A DNA stretch of 64,000 nucleotides from the human T2T-CHM13v2.0 reference genome, Homo sapiens, in the NCBI RefSeq assembly GCF_009914755.1, contig NC_060935.1; one strand, written 5' to 3'. Below are positions 59,301 through 64,000 of this stretch, one piece after another. The notes beneath the pieces were generated by a model. It saw only the letters and a program-made list of their open reading frames with translations. It was not told where the DNA came from and searched no databases. The first letter of the stretch is position 1; each line of letters starts with the position of its first letter. The translations under genes were made by a program, and so were the position numbers.

Positions 59301-61385
59301 AGACACCGCTCCCTCACTTCCCTCCCAGCATGGGTATTGCTACTGTAAAGTTACCACGACCACTAAAGTTGGTTTCATTTCCCATCATGAAACACCCTAG
59401 AAAAAAAAGGCTGTCTCAGCTTACTGCCAAGTTGGACAAAAGCAGAAGCTCAAAGAACAAGGCCAGAGGCAAACATGCCACCTTTCCTTCAGAGGCTGGG
59501 CTGTGAAGGCCACAAGGGAAGCCCACTGTGGCTCTTCACGGCCCCGCTCCGGCCTTGACACCCCGGGCAGAGATCAGTCTTCTCCACTCAGGGTTGGGCC
59601 GGGTGCCTCACTTGCGGTTCCATCCCCAGAAACACTTACCAGGAGACTGTGAAGCACACAAAGCCGCATTATTGGGAGACTTGCAGACAGATTATAAATT
59701 TACTGGGGACAATCAAGGCATTTAGATACTTTTGGCTACAGATGCTGGTGACACACACATACATACAAACCTCATTCTTCTCTCCATTTGAGCGATTCTT
59801 TACCCCCCTCCTTTACCCTAACATCTCTTTTTTCACAAAACAACCTCCCACTGCTTTCCTAGGGAATTCCAGGGAGAAGCGGGAATAGAGCAGGTGGTAG
59901 AAAAAGGATATTAGGCTTCGAAGCTCTAATACAACCCCACAAGCTAGTGCTGCTATTCAAGGGTAAAACTGTAAACCCTGTGCAGTTTAACTGTTGGTAG
60001 TTATTTTTCATCTGGAGCTGGCCTCAAGGAGTCCCATTCCTAGGTAGCCCAAGTAAATGTGCTTATGGCTGGGGAGAAAAGCACCATCCTACTCCCCAGA
60101 GATTCCCAGGGTCTTCGTCACCATGGACCCAGGCCAGGGATTAAGGGAAGCCAGAAAGAGCCATCCTGAGCGTCTGGCCAGAGGATGTCCTCTCCCGAGA
60201 GCTCAATATCAAGCTCCTTTGGAGGAGCAGTTAGACACAATAGCACCATCTCCTTTGGGCTTTTTGAGTACTTTGGGGCTTGCATGGCCATTTCCTGTCG
60301 CTTTTGCTAGGGCTGACCTGGGTAAACTGGAGCAGACATAGAATCCAGAAGTCCCATGGAGCTCCAAAAGGGAGGAAGCCTGCAGGGCCACAGGGCAGGG
60401 TTCTACCTTCCACCAGAGGCCACTGGTCCAGCAGCTTTGGGGGGAAGCCTGCAAACAGCAGGCAGTCACCTGACCAGGACTGGCACTGAGAATCAATGAT
60501 CCAAGGGATACTCCTCTGGGATGGTGTGTGTCTGTGCCTCTGGGGAAGAACTTCCAGCCAGAAACTTAATCAGAACTTTTGGGTTTGATATCCTATCACC
60601 AGGAGTGGCTGAAGACAAGGTATTTCCTAGGATGATGATCTGTGTAAATAGCTGCTTCGTGCCTGTCTGCTTAACGAATGCTCTAAGGGAGCATTACTGG
60701 ATTGGACTGGAGTGCTTGGGAAAATAATCGAGATGTGGCTCAGGAGTGAGAGAGTCTAGAGGGAATCAGAGAGTAGGCCTCTTAAGAAACAGTGCCTCCC
60801 TAGTCTCTCTTTGGGATATTTTCCCCAAATTTTGTTTTTGACTGAGGGGACATTCGGGGAATTTGCTATTTGTTACAGCTTACCATTTATGTTCTCTTAA
60901 GCGAAGAAGAAGGGGGTCACTTCAAAAGGGAGAGGGGAAATGGGGCAAGGAGAAAAAGGCTTTAATAAAGGCCAGCTGGGCTGATAAATGCTTTGGGGCT
61001 GAAAAATGGCTTGGGGGCCTAATCAGAGCTGGCTGGCCAAAGCTGGAGGATCCATGAGATAGAACCTTCCTCAGTGGCTCAGATCTTGCCAGCTGGTAGC
61101 CTCTTCTTTTATAAGATGTGGACCCCAGAGAGCCTCTGGAAAACTCAGGCTTCTTATCAGTTAAGGAATATCCTATAAGCGAAGGAAAACCCAGGAGTGA
61201 GCACCAACAGAACATGATGAGTAGGCGCATGAAACCACCCGAACACACCCAATGGCCTTTAAGGTAGTCAGGTGACATCTTGGCCTTTTTCATTGCCATC
61301 CACTCTACCTTAGGCCAAAGCAAACTCTACCCTCACAAAAGGTCACAGGACCACAGCCAGAACCATGAGAAAGCCAGGTGCTTAC

Positions 61386-61898
61386 CGCAATCAGGGCTGA
61401 GTTCCTCTGGTCCCCTGGGGTTGAAGCGGGCGGCTGCTGCTCTCCGTTTATCCCACCACTGCCACCATTATTGCTACTGTTCAGCAGGTGCTGCTGGTGG
61501 TGATGGTGATAGTCTGGTGGGGGCGGTGGGGCTGCTGTTGCTGCTGCTTGGGAGGCCGCAGGAGGGGCAGCAGGGGGCGGTGGAGGGGCTGTAGTGGTGG
61601 CAGCAGTGGCGGTGGCCTTGGTGTGTTTGCCAGCTTTCCTTGCCCCCTGGCCATGCTGTACAAGGCTCAGGAGCTGCAAGGTGCTTTCTCTTTCCCGGTC
61701 TGAGCTCTCGGCCCTACCTCGTTCATATCGTCCTTCACAGCTCAGGTGGTGTTGGCGGCAGACAGCGATCCGAGCCCGGAGGCGCTCCACGATAGCACTG
61801 TGCACTCTCGGGGTGACTGAGCCCCCTCCAAGGAGCCCCGCCCCAGAGGCCCCCCCTAGCCCTCCTGCGGGGGCCTGCGGGGGCGCTGTGTCCCCCAT
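61386..61898 (-). CDS. MAML2: MAML2 exon 1 coding part (aa 1-171): N-terminal basic CSL-NICD-binding Mastermind helix, then Ala/Pro/His/Gln low-complexity linker
   Basis: Translation MGDTAPPQAPAGGLGG...PRVHSAIVERLRARIAVCRQHHLSCEGRYE...RNSALIA matches the human MAML2 N-terminus and the Mastermind motif (HSAI/VxERLR.RI..CR.HH). ATG at 61898 is in strong Kozak context (AAGATGG). 513 nt end exactly at a GCG|GTAAGC donor (GT at 61385-61384), phase 0. Confidence 0.98.
61441..61529 (+). ncRNA. MIR1260B: Annotated MIR1260B precursor locus (mature AUCCCACCACUGCCACCAU at 61450-61468), antisense within the MAML2 exon-1 CDS; status as a true miRNA is doubtful
   Basis: TCTCCGTTTATCCCACCACTGCCACCATTATTGC...GGGGGCGGTGG matches my recollection of the hsa-mir-1260b stem-loop. 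The CCACCA/TGGTGG arms give only an imperfect hairpin. Confidence 0.8.
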
Positions 61899-63200
61899 CT
61901 TACCGGACACAATGATTGCTGCCTCTGGGATGGTGAGGTGGAAAGAGGCTACTGCTGGCTATTGCAGGCAAGTCTGTTTTTGACAATGTGAGCTCAGTGT
62001 TCAGGGCCACATGAATAGAGGTCTTCAGAGGTTGTGGGGGAGCCGTGGAGAAGTTGTGGGGGAGGGGAGTTAGTAAAAAGAGGGTGGGGAGAAAGAATAG
62101 AAACCAACTGGGGGGAGGATAAGTTGGAAACAAACCCTGATTAACTTACTCTAATTGCATTTGACAGCTCTGGAGAAGTTGGACAGAGTTGGTGGATTTT
62201 TTTTCCTCCACCAAGCTGACAAGAGCCACTAGGTACTTTGTAAACACACGATCTGGGGGTTAGATCAAGAATTCAGGGATTGTCCAGCAAGAGACAGAAA
62301 CACACAGCAAAAGGTATTGAGAGAGGTATTAATAGAGAGGACTCCCCCTCACCTAGTTGTTTCCGACAATTCTTTATGGGGATGTTTCTGCAGAGAAACA
62401 CATTTCTACCATGTCTATGTAACCAGCAGCCTTGACTTTTCCTCAGGTTAAATAAAAAACCAAAACAAAACAAAACAGTGCTGTTTCAGAAGATGTTTAA
62501 GTCACTGTTCAAAATGTGCAAAAATCAAGGGAGACTGTCTTTTGGCTTTTAATTTTTCCTCCCTTTCCTTTCGCTCCGGTGTTTTCTCCTCTTTGGGGTA
62601 CTGTAGGATGTTGTCTTCTCCCAAAAGAGGGAGACAGCTTTTCAACTGTTAACAATGTCAGTAATTGGACTTTTGGACCATGCTTTTTTCTTCAGCTAAT
62701 CCAATCACCGGTAAAATCCTCACTCCCTCTAAGGTTTCCTAGCCTTAAATGAAAAGCAATCTTAAGTCGCTAGCCACTGAGAGAGATCCTTCAACACATT
62801 TTTTTCTTTCCCGCTTACGTTTCTATTCCTCACCCCCGGCTCTATTCTAATACAGTATCAAGAGAGACAAACTCTTCCGAGAGTAATTTACAAACGATGG
62901 TCAAACTTACAAACTTCCAGCAAATTGCACCGAGTCATGTCCAGCCACTTTTCTGTCCACTTTTGTACATTCCATCCCCGGCCAGTGGATCTGAGGGTCT
63001 GGACTCGCAATAAGCAATCTGGTTCTATCTCCTGTATTTGCTCCGCTTTATAGATGGAAAAAAAAAGTAGCTTGTATTTTCCTTTCTCTTTCTCGTCTGT
63101 TGTTAGCCGCTTTGCTGACACTGGCTCGCGCCCGGAGTCACGGCGATACACAGGCTTTCATTGTGCTCCGATAGGAGAGGGAGAGAAAGAGAGAGAGTGA
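61899..63200 (-). other. MAML2: MAML2 exon 1 5' UTR (about 1.3 kb; 5' end approximate)
   Basis: Repeat-free sequence between the start codon and the CpG/GA-rich promoter. The ~1.3-kb length and a TSS near the (CT)-rich tract at about 63180-63200 come from my recollection of the RefSeq transcript and cannot be derived from the sequence alone. Confidence 0.7.
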
Positions 63201-63480
63201 GACAGAGAAGGAGAAAGAGAGAGCCAGCAAGCTGCAGATGGGGGTGGGGGGGGCGGGGAGAGGGCGGGAGAGCTCGTTCGAGGCTCCCTGGTGGAAGGCT
63301 GGTGCCACTGCGCGAGTGAGTAATCGCAGCCAGGCACCGGGGAAAGGGGAACGCAGAGGGCCTCCCAGTGGCTGAAGAGGTAAATCCCAAGCCCTGCGCA
63401 TCTCAGCTGCCCTGGCTCAGCTCAGCATCAGACTCGGTTAAGCGGGGAAGGCTGGGGAAATTCCCCAACCTCTACACAAC
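63100..63480 (-). promoter_or_regulatory. MAML2: MAML2 core/proximal promoter: CpG-enriched and TATA-less, with GA/CT tract, GC boxes and a kB site
   Basis: Local rise in CpG content (CGCGCCCGG, GCGCGAG). Purine-rich GA tract at 63173-63223. GGGGCGGGG and GGGCGGG Sp/KLF boxes at 63249-63268. GGGAAATTCC at 63455-63464. Lies directly upstream of exon 1. Confidence 0.75.
63454..63466. promoter_or_regulatory. NF-kB consensus site GGGGAAATTCCCC
   Basis: Exact match to GGGRNNYYCC (GGGAAATTCC), extended near-palindromically, about 260 bp upstream of the presumed TSS. Confidence 0.55.
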
Positions 63481-64000
63481 CATTTCACCAGCTCTAAATG
63501 TTTAAGAAATTCCGGGCCAGGAATGTGTTTTCCCTTTCAGCCCTACATTACGCCCCGCTGAGGATATCATTTTCATTTTTCAGTATATTGTAAATGACAC
63601 CACTGAGCAACCTAGCACGAGCTGTGTGAGCACCGAGGAAATGTTCATTAATAGAATAAGGAAGATATGAATGTGTGTGTTGAGGGCGGAAGGGGTTGCG
63701 CGTGGAGAGGAGAGGTAATCACATTGTTAGCTCCTAAAGGGCAGGCAGGTGTAGCGTTTGTCTACCTGCCTGCCCATTTGTGTGTCTCTGGATAAGTGAG
63801 TCTGGGTGATCACAGGCAAATCAGTTGGGATAAATAAAATATTTTATGAGAATGATACAATTATCGATACCAGTTCTAGAAAAAAACGCTTTTTTTTTGG
63901 GAATGCATGATTGCCTATGAAAAACCAAATATAAGACCTGAAGTATCCTTAGCTACCTGGTGCACATATACAATGAGGAAAGTCAATGTGTAGCAGCTGA

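Noticed and set aside
61899-61910. ORF-track start MSGK upstream of the ATG
   Set aside because: It starts at a GTG. The ATG at 61898 has strong Kozak context and matches the known MGDTAPP N-terminus.
61280-61983. Plus-strand ORFs of 104, 71 and 129 aa overlapping exon 1
   Set aside because: Antisense shadows of a GC-rich low-complexity coding exon, with no recognisable protein.

Overview
Human (primate) genomic DNA that I recognise as the 5' end of MAML2 (Mastermind-like 2, a Notch coactivator, 11q21) on the minus strand. The only protein-coding sequence is the coding part of exon 1 (61898-61386, 171 codons, ending at a phase-0 GCG|GTAAGC donor). It is preceded by a roughly 1.3-kb 5' leader with 10 upstream ATGs and a GC/GA-rich promoter (about 63100-63480). 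Positions 1-61385 are the first ~61 kb of the very long intron 1, the breakpoint intron of CRTC1/3-, YAP1- and KMT2A-MAML2 fusions. The intron carries 16 Alu/FLAM elements, one 5'-truncated L1PA with a TSD, and older L1M/L2/MIR/MaLR/LTR16/MER remnants plus microsatellites. The annotated MIR1260B hairpin lies antisense inside the exon-1 CDS. Other ORFs in the track are repeat-derived, antisense shadows of the GC-rich exon, or chance. The most interesting points are hypotheses, not established facts: (1) a perfect 18-nt complement to the CCA end of tRNA-Leu(TAG) in the MAML2 CDS; (2) a consensus splice donor overlapping the start codon; (3) a dense uORF array; (4) a candidate UG-flanked, TDP-43-type cryptic exon and recursive splice sites in intron 1, several of which could separate the Notch-binding helix from the activation domains. 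Repeat subfamily calls and the TSS position come from recalled consensus and annotation, not from a database search.
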